64,000 bases of DNA from assembly GCA_963728915.1 (NCBI GenBank), contig CAVSLV010000004.1, forward strand, positions 384,001 to 448,000. The letters run 5' to 3'. The stretch's first letter is position 1. Each line of letters begins with the position of its first letter. The notes beneath the pieces were generated by a model. The model had not been told where the DNA came from. It saw nothing but the letters and a program-made list of their open reading frames with translations, and ran no database searches. Source of the stretch: an uncultured Gemmatimonadales bacterium. Its GTDB lineage: Bacteria > Gemmatimonadota > Gemmatimonadetes > Gemmatimonadales > GWC2-71-9. Shown here in pieces: positions 10,657-21,789 of the stretch. Made by a program: the position numbers and the translations under genes.

Positions 10657-11250
10657 GGGTGCATCCGGTTGGCGAGGAGCAGATCTTCCGGCGTATTCAC
10701 ATTGAACCAGAGCCGGCTCGGGTCCCCGCCGAGATGATGCCGCAACGCGTCCTGGGCAAGAACCTGCACACGGACCTGGTCGTGAAAGGCGATGGCTCGA
10801 AGATCGCCTTGTTCGAGCGCCCGCGCCATAGCCGGAGCGCACGCGGCACCATAGCCCGCACAGAGCGGCTCGAGACCGCGACGCCCTTCGCTCGCGGGGA
10901 TCACCACGTCGGCGGGCCCCAGTCCGTCCGCCAGGAGCCGGATCAGTCGCGCCGGCACGAACGGCATGTCCCACGCGACGCAGACCACCGGGGCGGGAGC
11001 GCGCCGGACTGCGGTGTACAGACCGCCCAGGCTGCCGGCTCCCGGCCGCTCGTCGGCGACAACCCGGAGGTCGCTCCGCCAGCCAGGGCGCCTCCGGCGC
11101 ATTGGCCACGAGAAGGGGAAGCTCGCCCAGGGCGTCCCGGAAGGCATCCACCAACCGGTCGAGGATCCGGCGCCCCCCCACTTCCAGCAGCCCTTTCGGC
11201 GCCCCACCCATGCGGGTGGCGCCGCCCCCGGCCAGAATGGCTCCCCGGAC
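10653..11250 (-). CDS. mobA: Molybdenum cofactor guanylyltransferase, apparent frameshift near 11087, start codon unclear
   Basis: GAILAGGGATRMGGAPKG in one frame; GSLGGLY, VAWDMPF, EPLCAGY and FNVNTPEDL in the adjacent frame. Confidence 0.82.
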
Positions 11251-11254
11251 CTGA

Positions 11255-12037
11255 TCAGGCGGTATCGGTGGGCGGCTCCCCGGGCCGGTGCAGGTGTGGA
11301 GTGCCGCTCACCGCGCGGCCGACCAGGATCATGCCGGTGCGGCGGGCGATCTCGACCGCCATGGTGGACGGCACCGACGGGGTCGCGATCCAGGCCAGCC
11401 CCGCCCGCCCGGCCTTGGCGGCGAGCTCGGCGGAAATGCGGCCGGTGACGAGAAGGCCTAACCCGGCGAGGGGGCGGCGGCCCAGCACCATCGTGCCGAT
11501 CACCTTGTCCACCGCGTTATGTCGGCCGATATCCTCCGCGTGGGCCAGAAGGCCCACCCCGTCGGTGAGCGCGGCCGCGTGGATCCCGCCGGTGTCCCGG
11601 TAACGCTCTCCCTGGCCGAACAGGGTCTTGAAGAGCGCGCGAAGCCGCTCGACCCCGGGCGGCTCTCCCCGGAGCGGGGCTGCGGCGAGCGAGTCGGGGT
11701 CGGCGAGATAGATGCTGACGGCGCCGCATCCGGACGCGAGGACCGGCCGGCGGTTCTCCCCCCGGACCCGGGCCACCCGCTCGGCGGGGACTTCCGCCCA
11801 GAAGCCCAGGTCGGTGGCGCAGGGACGGAGATGCACCTGCTCGATCGCCTCGATGTATCCCTCGCCGGCAAGCCAGCCGACGACCAATTCCTCGAGGAGG
11901 TCGGGGGTACACATCCAGGTCACCACGGGAACCCCGTTGACCTCGAGCCAAACCGGGACTTCCTCGACCGCGGCCTGCTCCGCCATCCGCCCGCCTCGCT
12001 TGGCGGGGCGCTCCGGAACGACCCGGTCACCAGTCAC
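11255..12037 (-). CDS. fdhD: Formate dehydrogenase accessory sulfurtransferase
   Basis: TGGIHAAAL, EDIGRHNAVDKVIG and TGRISAE motifs. Confidence 0.9.
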   Translation of the reverse strand: MTGDRVVPERPAKRGGRMAEQAAVEEVPVWLEVNGVPVVTWMCTPDLLEELVVGWLAGEGYIEAIEQVHLRPCATDLGFWAEVPAERVARVRGENRRPVLASGCGAVSIYLADPDSLAAAPLRGEPPGVERLRALFKTLFGQGERYRDTGGIHAAALTDGVGLLAHAEDIGRHNAVDKVIGTMVLGRRPLAGLGLLVTGRISAELAAKAGRAGLAWIATPSVPSTMAVEIARRTGMILVGRAVSGTPHLHRPGEPPTDTA

Positions 12038-12049
12038 CGGTCACCATCA
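12023..12049. repeat. 7-mer tandem repeat CC(G/A)GTCA x3-4 across the queD-like/fdhD junction
   Basis: ccggtca ccagtca ccggtca ccatca. Confidence 0.6.
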
Positions 12050-12456
12050 CTGCTCACCGTCGCGCTCAGAGTCGCGTCCTCTGCGATGGTCACCGATTCG
12101 AGCTGGACCGGCCGCCGCAACCGGCTCGACATCCGGGTGAAGATCAGCCGCGCCATCGCCTCACAGGTGGGCAGTTGCCTGCCGGTGGCGAACTCCGGGA
12201 CCTCGAGGTGCAGGGCCTTTCCCTCGAACCGCTGGCGCACTTCTTCCTCGAGCAGGCGATCCAGCTCGGTGACGTCCACGACGCCGGTCGTCTCGGGATG
12301 CAGCGGTCCGGTGACCGTCACGGCGCAGGTGTAGTCGTGAGGATGGTCGTCCACGACGCTTCCGAATCGGGCCCGATTCTGTTCCGGAGTCCACTCGGGC
12401 TTCCAGTAACGATGGGTGGCGCGGAATCGCAGGGTGCGGGTGAGGCTCACGCGCAT
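12034..12456 (-). CDS. 6-pyruvoyl/6-carboxy-tetrahydropterin synthase family (QueD/PTPS-like)
   Basis: F.A.HR..PEW..EQN...FG, HPHDY, TG.VVD and PTCE motifs. Confidence 0.8.
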   Translation of the reverse strand: MRVSLTRTLRFRATHRYWKPEWTPEQNRARFGSVVDDHPHDYTCAVTVTGPLHPETTGVVDVTELDRLLEEEVRQRFEGKALHLEVPEFATGRQLPTCEAMARLIFTRMSSRLRRPVQLESVTIAEDATLSATVSSDGDR

Positions 12457-12505
12457 GAGGCGGAAGTTGCCTCACCCGCCGCCCGAAGTCCAACGGCAGG
12501 CCGGA

Positions 12506-13216
12506 TCAGAAGGGACGGTTGAACGCGTAGCTCAGGCCGATCCCGTACCAGCCGTTGGCCAGCCATTCCTTGGCCGGGGACGCGAGGACCGGTGGTTTGG
12601 TCAGGTCGGTCGTCGGAGGCAGCCGGTAGCTTTCCGGGTACTTCACCTGCCAGAAGGTGCTCCGAGCCTCCAGCCTCAGGAACAAGCGCTCGCTCAGATA
12701 GATCCGGGTCCCGATGCCGGGGATGATGGCTCCCTGAACCCGGAAGCGAAACCCGCTGGTGTCCTGGGGGACCCGGGCCCCCAGGACCAGGCCGAAGCCG
12801 GCCGACACGTAGGGCGCCAGGCGGTGCCAGGTCTTTCCCCCGGTGAGGTTGAACTGGATGATCGCTTCTCCCATGGTCGTTCGCTGCGGCACGGTATCCC
12901 GGACTGCGTGCTCGATCGGGTAATTGGGATCGAGGATGATCCGGTCGAGCCAGGCCATGCTGGCGGCGAAGCCGAGACTCAGGGTCCCGTTGGCCAGGAA
13001 GTCATAGCGAAGCCCCGCCAGTTGTCCGCTATGGGGAGCGACCCCCGCACTGCCTCCACTCCCTCCGAACCATCCGGTGTAGGCCCCGACGAATTGTCCG
13101 TACCGCAGGGTGCGATAGGGGGATGTGGCGGGATCGTGACCGACTTGCCCGAAGGCCTGCGCGGGAAGAACCGCGAGGAGCGCCAGCGCGGAGAGTTTCA
13201 TGGAAGACCGAATCAT
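12506..13216 (-). CDS. Secreted protein, probable outer-membrane beta-barrel
   Basis: Signal peptide, alternating beta strands, aromatic C-terminus (GIGLSYAF). Confidence 0.6.
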   Translation of the reverse strand: MIRSSMKLSALALLAVLPAQAFGQVGHDPATSPYRTLRYGQFVGAYTGWFGGSGGSAGVAPHSGQLAGLRYDFLANGTLSLGFAASMAWLDRIILDPNYPIEHAVRDTVPQRTTMGEAIIQFNLTGGKTWHRLAPYVSAGFGLVLGARVPQDTSGFRFRVQGAIIPGIGTRIYLSERLFLRLEARSTFWQVKYPESYRLPPTTDLTKPPVLASPAKEWLANGWYGIGLSYAFNRPF

Positions 13217-13224
13217 GAGGAAAC

Positions 13225-14781
13225 CTAGTCCCGGCCGGTCAGCGACACTCCGGTCATTTCGACCGGCTGCTCCATGCCGAGGAGCTCGAGGATCGTCGGG
13301 GCCACATCACAGAGGGCGCCTCCGCTCCGGAGCCTTCCAAGCGGGGTGTTGAATGCCACCAGGGGGACCGGATTGGTGGTGTGGGCGGTGTGCGGGCCGC
13401 CGCTTTCCGGATCGAACATCATCTCGCAGTTCCCGTGATCCGCGGTGATCAACAGCCGGGTGCCGCTCCGTTCACAGGCCTTCACCAGTCGCTCCAGGCA
13501 ACCATCCACCGTCTCCACCGCCTGAATGACCGCCGGCAGCACTCCGGTGTGGCCGACCATATCGGGATTGGCGTAGTTGCAAAGGAAAAAATCGTGTTCC
13601 CCCCGCGATAGTGCGTCGCAGAGCGCCTCGGTGATCCCTTCCGCACTCATGGCCGGGGCGAGGTCGTAGGTGGCGACTTTCGGGGACGGGATCAGTACCC
13701 GGTCTTCCCCTGGATAGGGCGGCTCGTGGCCCCCGTTGAAGAAGTAGGTCACGTGGGCGTATTTCTCGGTTTCCGCCACATGAAACTGGGTCCGGTCCAG
13801 GTCGGCGAGAAACTCCGCGAGCACCCGCGCCAGGCTGAACGGCGGGAACGCGGTAGGAAAGGGAAAGGTGCGATCGTACCTGGTCATGGTGACCAGGTCG
13901 AGCCTGGGGCGATCCGGGACCGGGAACCCATCGAAGGGCTCGACCGCCAGGGCCCGGACGATCTGGCGCATCCGATCGGCCCGGAAGTTGAAACAGAGGA
14001 CCCCGTCCCCGGAACGCATCGGCGCGCGGGGCATGCCGTCGCGGGTTAGGACGATCGGCTTCACGAACTCGTCGGTTTCGCCCCGCTGGTAGGCCGCCTG
14101 GATGGCGGCGACTGGATCGGTGGCGGCCTGTCCGGCGCCATGGACCAGCAGCTCGTAGCCCAGCCGGATACGCTCCCAGCGGTGATCCCGGTCCATGGCG
14201 TAGTAGCGGCCGATCAGCGAGGCGAGCTCGGCGCGGGGACCGGCGAGCCGCCGCAGATCCTCCACCAGCCGGGCGACGAATCCAGCGGCGGATTTGGGGA
14301 GGGTATCGCGGCCATCGAGGAAGCCATGCACCGCGATCCTCTGGACTTCATGACGGAGACCAAGCTCGACACACCCCAGCAGGTGCGAGTCCAGCGCATG
14401 GACCCCGCCATCGCCGATCAGGCCGATGAGGTGCAGGGTGCCGCCCCGCCTGCGTATGCCGGCGCACAGCTCGACCAGCGGGGCCAGGGTGAAGAAGGTC
14501 CCGCTGGTCATGCTCGCCGAGATGCGCACGATGTCCTGTGGCACCACCCGCCCGGCGCCCAGGTTCAGGTGGCCGACCTCGCTGTTGCCCATTTGTCCGT
14601 CGGGAAGTCCCACCGCGAGGCCACTGGCGTTGAGGAGAGTTCGAGGGCTTCCATTCCAGAGTCCGTGCCACACCGGCGTGCGACCGAGCTCGATGGCGTT
14701 GCCTTCGCGGCTTTCTCGATATCCCCACCCATCCAGCACGATCAAGGCAACCGGTGCGCCGCTCCTTCGGCGGTTTGACAT
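13225..14781 (-). CDS. gpmI: 2,3-bisphosphoglycerate-independent phosphoglycerate mutase
   Basis: LDGWG, GQMGNSEVGH, GRYYAMDRD, ETEKYAHVT and TADHGN motifs. Confidence 0.97.
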   Translation of the reverse strand: MSNRRRSGAPVALIVLDGWGYRESREGNAIELGRTPVWHGLWNGSPRTLLNASGLAVGLPDGQMGNSEVGHLNLGAGRVVPQDIVRISASMTSGTFFTLAPLVELCAGIRRRGGTLHLIGLIGDGGVHALDSHLLGCVELGLRHEVQRIAVHGFLDGRDTLPKSAAGFVARLVEDLRRLAGPRAELASLIGRYYAMDRDHRWERIRLGYELLVHGAGQAATDPVAAIQAAYQRGETDEFVKPIVLTRDGMPRAPMRSGDGVLCFNFRADRMRQIVRALAVEPFDGFPVPDRPRLDLVTMTRYDRTFPFPTAFPPFSLARVLAEFLADLDRTQFHVAETEKYAHVTYFFNGGHEPPYPGEDRVLIPSPKVATYDLAPAMSAEGITEALCDALSRGEHDFFLCNYANPDMVGHTGVLPAVIQAVETVDGCLERLVKACERSGTRLLITADHGNCEMMFDPESGGPHTAHTTNPVPLVAFNTPLGRLRSGGALCDVAPTILELLGMEQPVEMTGVSLTGRD

Positions 14782-14801
14782 GCTCCTCCGCGGCGTCTAC
14801 A

Positions 14802-15839
14802 ATGCCAATCGTGACGGACGAGCCGCAATCTAGTCCTTCGCGGAACGCCCTACCAGCCTGTTTCGGCGTCGTAGCCGCGCTTTCGGGAACCCTCTTCGCC
14901 CAATCCGCCCTTTCGATCCCGCAGGACACCCCGTTTTTCAAGGAGCCCGGCGGCACCAGGCTTGGGACGCTGGTCGCGGGGGCGCGGGTGCCCGCCGGGC
15001 GCAGCACCGGAGGGTTTACCCAGATCACGCTCGACGGCTGGATCTTCTCGGCTTCGACCCAGACCGATGGACGGGAAGGCTTCGATCTCTCGGTCAATGT
15101 CGCCGCCGGAGAGAACGTGCGAGCCGTGCCCAATGGGGCGGTCGTCGCCCGGGCGGTGGAAGGCGCCTTGTTCAACCGGGTGTCGACGACGGGCGGCTGG
15201 ACCCGGGTCCGTCGCGCCGTGTGGATCTCGACGCCGTCAGTGCGGCGGCCCGCGCCGGCGCAGCGCCCCCCGAATCGCGCCGAGAGCACCGCGGCGCGTG
15301 GGTCGGGCGATACCGCGAAGATCGTTGCCCCGCCGGGTGAGGTGCGGCGCGCCACCCTGCGGAGGCAGGCGAGCCTCCAGCGTTCTCCCGATGGTCCGGC
15401 GGTGGCCACCCTCACCCTGCCCGCGGAAGTCGCGGTGGGCGAGACCCAGGGCGAATGGGTCAAGGTGACGCTCGAAGGCTGGGTACGCCGCAGCGAAGTG
15501 GACAGCGCCGTGGTTCCCCGGCCCGCGATCACCGCGGCGATGTTGCGGGAGAACCCGGAACGGTACGTCGGACAGACGGTCGATTGGCGGGTCCAGTTTC
15601 TCGCGATACAGCAGGCCGATGAGCTTCGCCCCGAGATGCCGCAGGGCCAGCCCTATCTTCTGGTCCGCGGGCCCCTTCCCGAATCGGGGTTCGCCTATGT
15701 CATGGTGTCGAAGGTACAGGCGGACCAGCTCCAGGGCCTGATTCCCCTCGAGGAGCTGTCGCTCACGGTGACGGTGCGCGCCGGGCGCACCCGCTTTCTG
15801 GCGACCCCAGTAGTGGAGCTGGTACGGAGGAATCCATGA
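14802..15839 (+). CDS. Hypothetical exported protein with repeated SH3-like segments
   Basis: Hydrophobic N-terminus; repeated G.W.(K/Q)(V/I)TL.GW segments; start uncertain. Confidence 0.55.
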   Translation: MPIVTDEPQSSPSRNALPACFGVVAALSGTLFAQSALSIPQDTPFFKEPGGTRLGTLVAGARVPAGRSTGGFTQITLDGWIFSASTQTDGREGFDLSVNVAAGENVRAVPNGAVVARAVEGALFNRVSTTGGWTRVRRAVWISTPSVRRPAPAQRPPNRAESTAARGSGDTAKIVAPPGEVRRATLRRQASLQRSPDGPAVATLTLPAEVAVGETQGEWVKVTLEGWVRRSEVDSAVVPRPAITAAMLRENPERYVGQTVDWRVQFLAIQQADELRPEMPQGQPYLLVRGPLPESGFAYVMVSKVQADQLQGLIPLEELSLTVTVRAGRTRFLATPVVELVRRNP

Positions 15840-16144
15840 ACGAACAGCTGCAACAGCGGATCCTGCGGCGCCTCGAAGCGCTCTCGGACGAGCGCGGGTA
15901 CCAGATCCTGGACTACGTCGAGTTTCTCGAGAGCAAGTATGCCGAGCGGGTCAATCCGACCAATCTCCTGGCGCGGATCTCGGAGGGCATCGAGGACACC
16001 ATGCGCGCAGCCCGGTTGCCCATCAAGGCCATCTCCGGCACCACCGGCCTGATGGATAGTGCGGGGAAAGTGATGAAAGGGGTCGCCGCGGCCGCGGAAA
16101 GCGTGATGGACGAAGCCCTTGGAAAACCCAAGCCGCCCGCTTGA
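15836..16144 (+). CDS. Small hypothetical protein
   Basis: GGAGG RBS, ATGA overlap with upstream gene, helical sequence ILDYVEFLESKY. Confidence 0.7.
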   Translation: MNEQLQQRILRRLEALSDERGYQILDYVEFLESKYAERVNPTNLLARISEGIEDTMRAARLPIKAISGTTGLMDSAGKVMKGVAAAAESVMDEALGKPKPPA

Positions 16145-17632
<1,488 letters not shown>

Positions 17633-17633
17633 G

Positions 17634-17721
17634 GGTGTGATGTGAGGTGGGAGGTGGGAGCAATCACCGGCGGCCCTTGACGCACCTCGCGCCTCGCGCC
17701 TGTACCTCGCACCTCGCACCT
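17634..17721. repeat. Inverted pair of degenerate 7-mer arrays (TG(T/G)GAGG ... CGCACCT)
   Basis: G-rich arm 17634-17660 directly after guaB stop; C-rich arm 17681-17721 just before the next RBS. Confidence 0.7.
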
Positions 17722-17734
17722 ACGAGGAGTCCAC

Positions 17735-19234
17735 ATGAATCTCTGGGCCACCAAGTCCGTGGATGTGCTCCGCGCCGAGGCGGAGGCCGTTGGGGAGACG
17801 AGCCTGCGGCGGACCCTCGGGCCGTTCAACCTCACGGCGCTGGGGATCGGCGCGATCATCGGCGCGGGAATCTTCGTTCTCACCGGCCAGGCCGCCGCCC
17901 TGTACGCGGGCCCGGCGGTTCCGCTTTCGATGATCCTGGTCGGCGTGTCGTGCGCGTTTGCCGGGTTATGCTACGCCGAGATGGCCAGCGCCGTCCCGGT
18001 GGCGGGGAGTGCCTATACCTACTCCTATGCGACCATGGGGGAGCTGGTCGCCTGGATCATCGGCTGGGACCTGGTGCTGGAGTACGCTGCCGGGGCCGCC
18101 ACCGTCGGGGTCGGCTGGTCGGGACACCTGGTGGACCTGTTCAAGAACTTCGGGATCGTCCTGCCCGAGCGGCTGACCAATGCGCCAACCGCGTGGTGCA
18201 CCGCGGAGAACGTGGCGAACGGGGTGGCCGGGTGCGCCCACTCCGGGCTCAACCTGACCGGCGCGATCCTCAACCTGCCCGCGGTGTTCATCGTGGCGCT
18301 CATGTCCACGATTCTGGTGATCGGGATCCGGGAATCGGCCCGGGTCAACAATCTGATCGTCATCCTCAAGGTCACCATCGTCCTCCTCATCGTGGGGGTC
18401 GGCCTTGCCCACATCACGCCGAGCAACTGGCACCCCTTCATTCCGGCCAACACCGGAACCTGGGGTACTTATGGCTGGTCGGGGGTTCTGCGGGGCGCCG
18501 GGCTGGTGTTCTTCGCCTATATCGGGTTCGATGCGGTGAGCACCGCGGCCCAGGAATCCAGGAACCCGCAACGGGATCTTCCCATCGGGATCCTCGGATC
18601 GCTCGCGATCTGCACCGTGCTCTACGTGGTGGTGTCCGCGGTGCTGGTCGGGATGGTGCCTTTCCAGGAGCTCAACGTGAACGCGCCGGTTGCCTACGCG
18701 CTGGAACGAGTCGGCGTCGGCCATTCGATCCGGGTGCTGGTCGATGTGGGCGCCGTGTTAGGCCTGGCTTCGGTGATCCTGGTGATGCTCCTGGGCCAGT
18801 CGCGGGTGTTCTACTCCATGTCCCGGGACGGGCTGCTCGGCCGGTGGGGTTCCCAGGTCCACCCCCGATTCCGGACGCCCTACCTGTCCACCATCTTCAC
18901 CGGCGTGGCGGTGGGGCTGGCGACCGGAATTCTGCCACTCCAGCTGCTCGGTCAGCTGGTCAATATCGGGACCCTGCTGGCCTTCGTGCTGGTCTGCCTC
19001 GGCGTGATCATTCTGCGCCGGACCCGCCCCGACCTCGAGCGCCCCTTCCGCACCCCACTGGTGCCCCTGGTGCCGATCCTCGGCGTGATCTGCTGCCTCG
19101 GACTCATGGCCACGCTGCCCGGGGATACCTGGCTCCGGCTCGTGGTATGGCTGCTGATCGGGTTCGTGATCTATTTCGGATACAGCCGGAAGCACAGCGT
19201 GCTCCAGCGGGAGCGGGAAAGCGCGGGGAAGTAG
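17735..19234 (+). CDS. APC family amino acid permease
   Basis: GAIIGAGIF, GSAYTY and FFAYIGFDAVST motifs; many TM helices. Confidence 0.93.
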   Translation: MNLWATKSVDVLRAEAEAVGETSLRRTLGPFNLTALGIGAIIGAGIFVLTGQAAALYAGPAVPLSMILVGVSCAFAGLCYAEMASAVPVAGSAYTYSYATMGELVAWIIGWDLVLEYAAGAATVGVGWSGHLVDLFKNFGIVLPERLTNAPTAWCTAENVANGVAGCAHSGLNLTGAILNLPAVFIVALMSTILVIGIRESARVNNLIVILKVTIVLLIVGVGLAHITPSNWHPFIPANTGTWGTYGWSGVLRGAGLVFFAYIGFDAVSTAAQESRNPQRDLPIGILGSLAICTVLYVVVSAVLVGMVPFQELNVNAPVAYALERVGVGHSIRVLVDVGAVLGLASVILVMLLGQSRVFYSMSRDGLLGRWGSQVHPRFRTPYLSTIFTGVAVGLATGILPLQLLGQLVNIGTLLAFVLVCLGVIILRRTRPDLERPFRTPLVPLVPILGVICCLGLMATLPGDTWLRLVVWLLIGFVIYFGYSRKHSVLQRERESAGK

Positions 19235-19362
19235 GTCTGGAGGTCGGAAGGTCTGGCGGTCTGGAGGTCGAGGTGGCCTGGAGCTTTCTCCCGACCCTCC
19301 GACCCCCCGACCCCCCGACCCCCCGACCCCCCGACCTCCCGACTTCCCGACCTTCCGACTTA
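19234..19362. repeat. Inverted pair of 8-mer arrays (GGTC(T/G)GGA ... CCGACCCC x9)
   Basis: G-rich arm starts at the permease stop; nine CCGAC-NNN units from 19291 end about 10 nt before the next ATG. Confidence 0.9.
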
Positions 19363-19372
19363 GTTTCACCTC

Positions 19373-20428
19373 ATGTCGATTACGCTGTCCGCTGACAAAC
19401 TGAACGCCGCCGAGGAACTTGCCGACCTGCTCGGCACCGGCCGGCGGGTCGCCCTCACCACCCATGTGCATCCCGACGGCGATGGTCTGGGGAGCGAAGT
19501 GGCGCTCGCCCACCTGCTCCTGGATCGAGGCCTCCAGGTTGCTATCGCCAATCCCACGCTCACGCCTCCTCGATTCGAGTTCCTGTTCCAGGACCTGAAC
19601 GGGATCGACCGGAGCCGCGAGGCGGTCAAGGCCCTGCGCGCCTCGGACGTGATCGTAGTGCTCGACATTTCGGACCTCGACCGGCTCGGCATGCTCACCC
19701 AGACGGTGGCGGGACTCCGCGTGCCGGTCGCCTGCATCGATCATCACGTGAGCCCGGGCACGCTCCCGCCGGGGCCGCGCTATCTCGATCCCACCGCGGC
19801 CGCCACCGGCGAGCTGATCTGCGAGATCGCGCTCGCCAATCGCTGGGTGCTGACGCCTCCCGTGGCGCGGGCCCTCTATGTTGCCCTGGTCACCGACACC
19901 GGCGGCTTCCGTTTCAGCAACACCAGGCCGCGGACCCTGCGGGTCGCCGCCGAGCTGCTGGAAACCGGGCTCGATCCCGAGGCGATCTACATGGATGTGT
20001 ACGCCAATGCGCCGGCGGGTCGGGCCCGCCTCTTCGCCGAGACGCTCCAGACCATGGTGGTCGAAGACGGACTGGCCTGGGTGACGGTGCCGCCGGGCGC
20101 GCTGGAACGCCACCAGGTCACGGTGGACGACCTCGACGGCATCATCGAGTTTCCCCGGTCGATCAGCGGGGTGCGGCTCGCGCTCCTGTTCCGGGAGATG
20201 TCCCGGGATCGGATCAAGGTCTCGCTCCGCTCGGTCGGCGATGTCGACGTGGCGGCATTCGCCAAGCCGTTCGGCGGCGGCGGACACAAGCATGCCTCGG
20301 GGCTTTCGCTCACTGGAAGCCTGCCCGAGGTGCAGGAAAAGGTGCTTCAGGAAGCCCGTCGCTATCTCGAGGGGTCCCGGTCCGGCGAGCGTATAGATTT
20401 GGCAATGCGTTTGGAGCCCGGACCATGA
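19373..20428 (+). CDS. nrnA: DHH family phosphoesterase (NrnA-like oligoribonuclease/pAp phosphatase)
   Basis: H..PDGDGLGS, IDHH, TDTGGF and GGGGH motifs. Confidence 0.9.
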   Translation: MSITLSADKLNAAEELADLLGTGRRVALTTHVHPDGDGLGSEVALAHLLLDRGLQVAIANPTLTPPRFEFLFQDLNGIDRSREAVKALRASDVIVVLDISDLDRLGMLTQTVAGLRVPVACIDHHVSPGTLPPGPRYLDPTAAATGELICEIALANRWVLTPPVARALYVALVTDTGGFRFSNTRPRTLRVAAELLETGLDPEAIYMDVYANAPAGRARLFAETLQTMVVEDGLAWVTVPPGALERHQVTVDDLDGIIEFPRSISGVRLALLFREMSRDRIKVSLRSVGDVDVAAFAKPFGGGGHKHASGLSLTGSLPEVQEKVLQEARRYLEGSRSGERIDLAMRLEPGP

Positions 20429-20655
20429 CGACCCTGGATCGCATCGAACAGACGCTCGACACGCTGCGGCCGTATATCGCCTCGCATCGCGGCAAGGTCG
20501 AGGTGGTCGATTTCGACGAGTCCGACGGCATTCTGCTGCTCCGCCTGGGCGGTACCTGCTCGGGATGCAGCGCCTCTTCCATCACCCTGCGGCAGGGCAT
20601 CGAAGCGCGACTGCGCCAGATGGTGCCGGAAGTGCGGCAGGTCGATGCGATCTGA
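20425..20655 (+). CDS. NifU/NfuA-like Fe-S cluster carrier
   Basis: LRPYI.SH.G.VE and GTCSGC motifs. Confidence 0.88.
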   Translation: MTTLDRIEQTLDTLRPYIASHRGKVEVVDFDESDGILLLRLGGTCSGCSASSITLRQGIEARLRQMVPEVRQVDAI

Positions 20656-20673
20656 CCGGAGCGTGCGGCCGGC

Positions 20674-21786
20674 GTGAGCTCGCGAGAGGCCCAGGTGGGC
20701 GCCGCCCTCGCGCGGATCCGGAACCCCCGACTCGACAACGATCTGCTCTCCGCCGGGATGGTCCGGGACCTGACCGTGACCGAGGACGGAGCGGTGAGCT
20801 TCACCTTCCTGCTCTCCCGGGAAGACCCGGCCACCCTGGTGCGGGAGGCCCGCGCCGCGGTGAAGCAGGTGCCCGGGATTCGAGCCGACGCGGTCAAGAT
20901 CACGGTAGTGGATCCGGCCGGGCCGGCGTCGTCCACCCACGGTCCGCCGGGCGCCCCCCAGTCGGCCGGGTTAGGGGTCCCCGCGCCGGTGCCGGTCGCG
21001 GCGCCCCGCCTGGGCCGGGTCATCGCGGTGAGCTCGGGCAAAGGCGGGGTGGGGAAGTCCACCGTCGCGGCCAATCTCGCGATCGCGCTGGGCCGGCAGG
21101 GACACCGGGTCGGGCTCATGGACGCCGACATCTACGGACCCAATATCCCCCGGATGTTCGGCTCCTTCGCCAAGCCCGCGGTCGTGGGTGGCCGGCTCCA
21201 TCCGCTCGATGCCTACGGCGTCAAGCTGATGTCGATCGGGTTCCTGGTGGAGCGGGACGCGCCGGCCATCTGGCGCGGCCCGATCATCATGAAAGTGATC
21301 CAGCAATTTCTCAACGACGTGGATTGGGGCGAGCTCGACTACTTCCTGGTCGACATGCCTCCGGGGACCGGCGATGCCCAGCTGTCCCTGGTCCAGTCCA
21401 TCGCGGTGGCCGGGGCGGTGATCGTGACGACGCCCCAGGAGATGGCGGTGGGTGACGCGCTCAAGGGTGCGAAGATGTTCGAGCGGGTCAACGTTCCGGT
21501 GCTCGGGATCGTGGAGAACATGGGACCGTACACCGATCCGGCCAGCGGGATCCGGTACACCTTTTTCGGAGAGGGCGGGGGAGAGCGGCTGGCCCGGGAA
21601 ACCGGAGTGCCCCTGCTGGGATCGGTTCCGCTTCAGCCGGGGCTGGCGGCGCGGGCCGATGAGGGCCGCCCGGTGGTGACCGATGCACCGGAAAGCGCCG
21701 CGGCGCTGGCCCTGCTCGAAATCGCGGAGAAGTTTCACCGGCTGGCCGGGGCGCGCCCCGCCGAGCTGCCGGTGATCAGCCAGTAG
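20674..21786 (+). CDS. mrp: Mrp/ApbC (NBP35) Fe-S cluster carrier ATPase
   Basis: SGKGGVGKST, DADIYGP, DMPPGTGD and GIVENM motifs. Confidence 0.93.
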   Translation: MSSREAQVGAALARIRNPRLDNDLLSAGMVRDLTVTEDGAVSFTFLLSREDPATLVREARAAVKQVPGIRADAVKITVVDPAGPASSTHGPPGAPQSAGLGVPAPVPVAAPRLGRVIAVSSGKGGVGKSTVAANLAIALGRQGHRVGLMDADIYGPNIPRMFGSFAKPAVVGGRLHPLDAYGVKLMSIGFLVERDAPAIWRGPIIMKVIQQFLNDVDWGELDYFLVDMPPGTGDAQLSLVQSIAVAGAVIVTTPQEMAVGDALKGAKMFERVNVPVLGIVENMGPYTDPASGIRYTFFGEGGGERLARETGVPLLGSVPLQPGLAARADEGRPVVTDAPESAAALALLEIAEKFHRLAGARPAELPVISQ

Positions 21787-21789
21787 AGG

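Noticed and set aside
10129..11211. MobA-MobB fusion protein suggested by the ORF track
   Set aside because: It is an artefact of the mobA frameshift; mobB has its own GTG start overlapping the mobA stop.
20967..20976. GGGTTAGGG as telomeric sequence or eukaryotic contamination
   Set aside because: Copies are single, dispersed and inside intact bacterial genes, never tandem.
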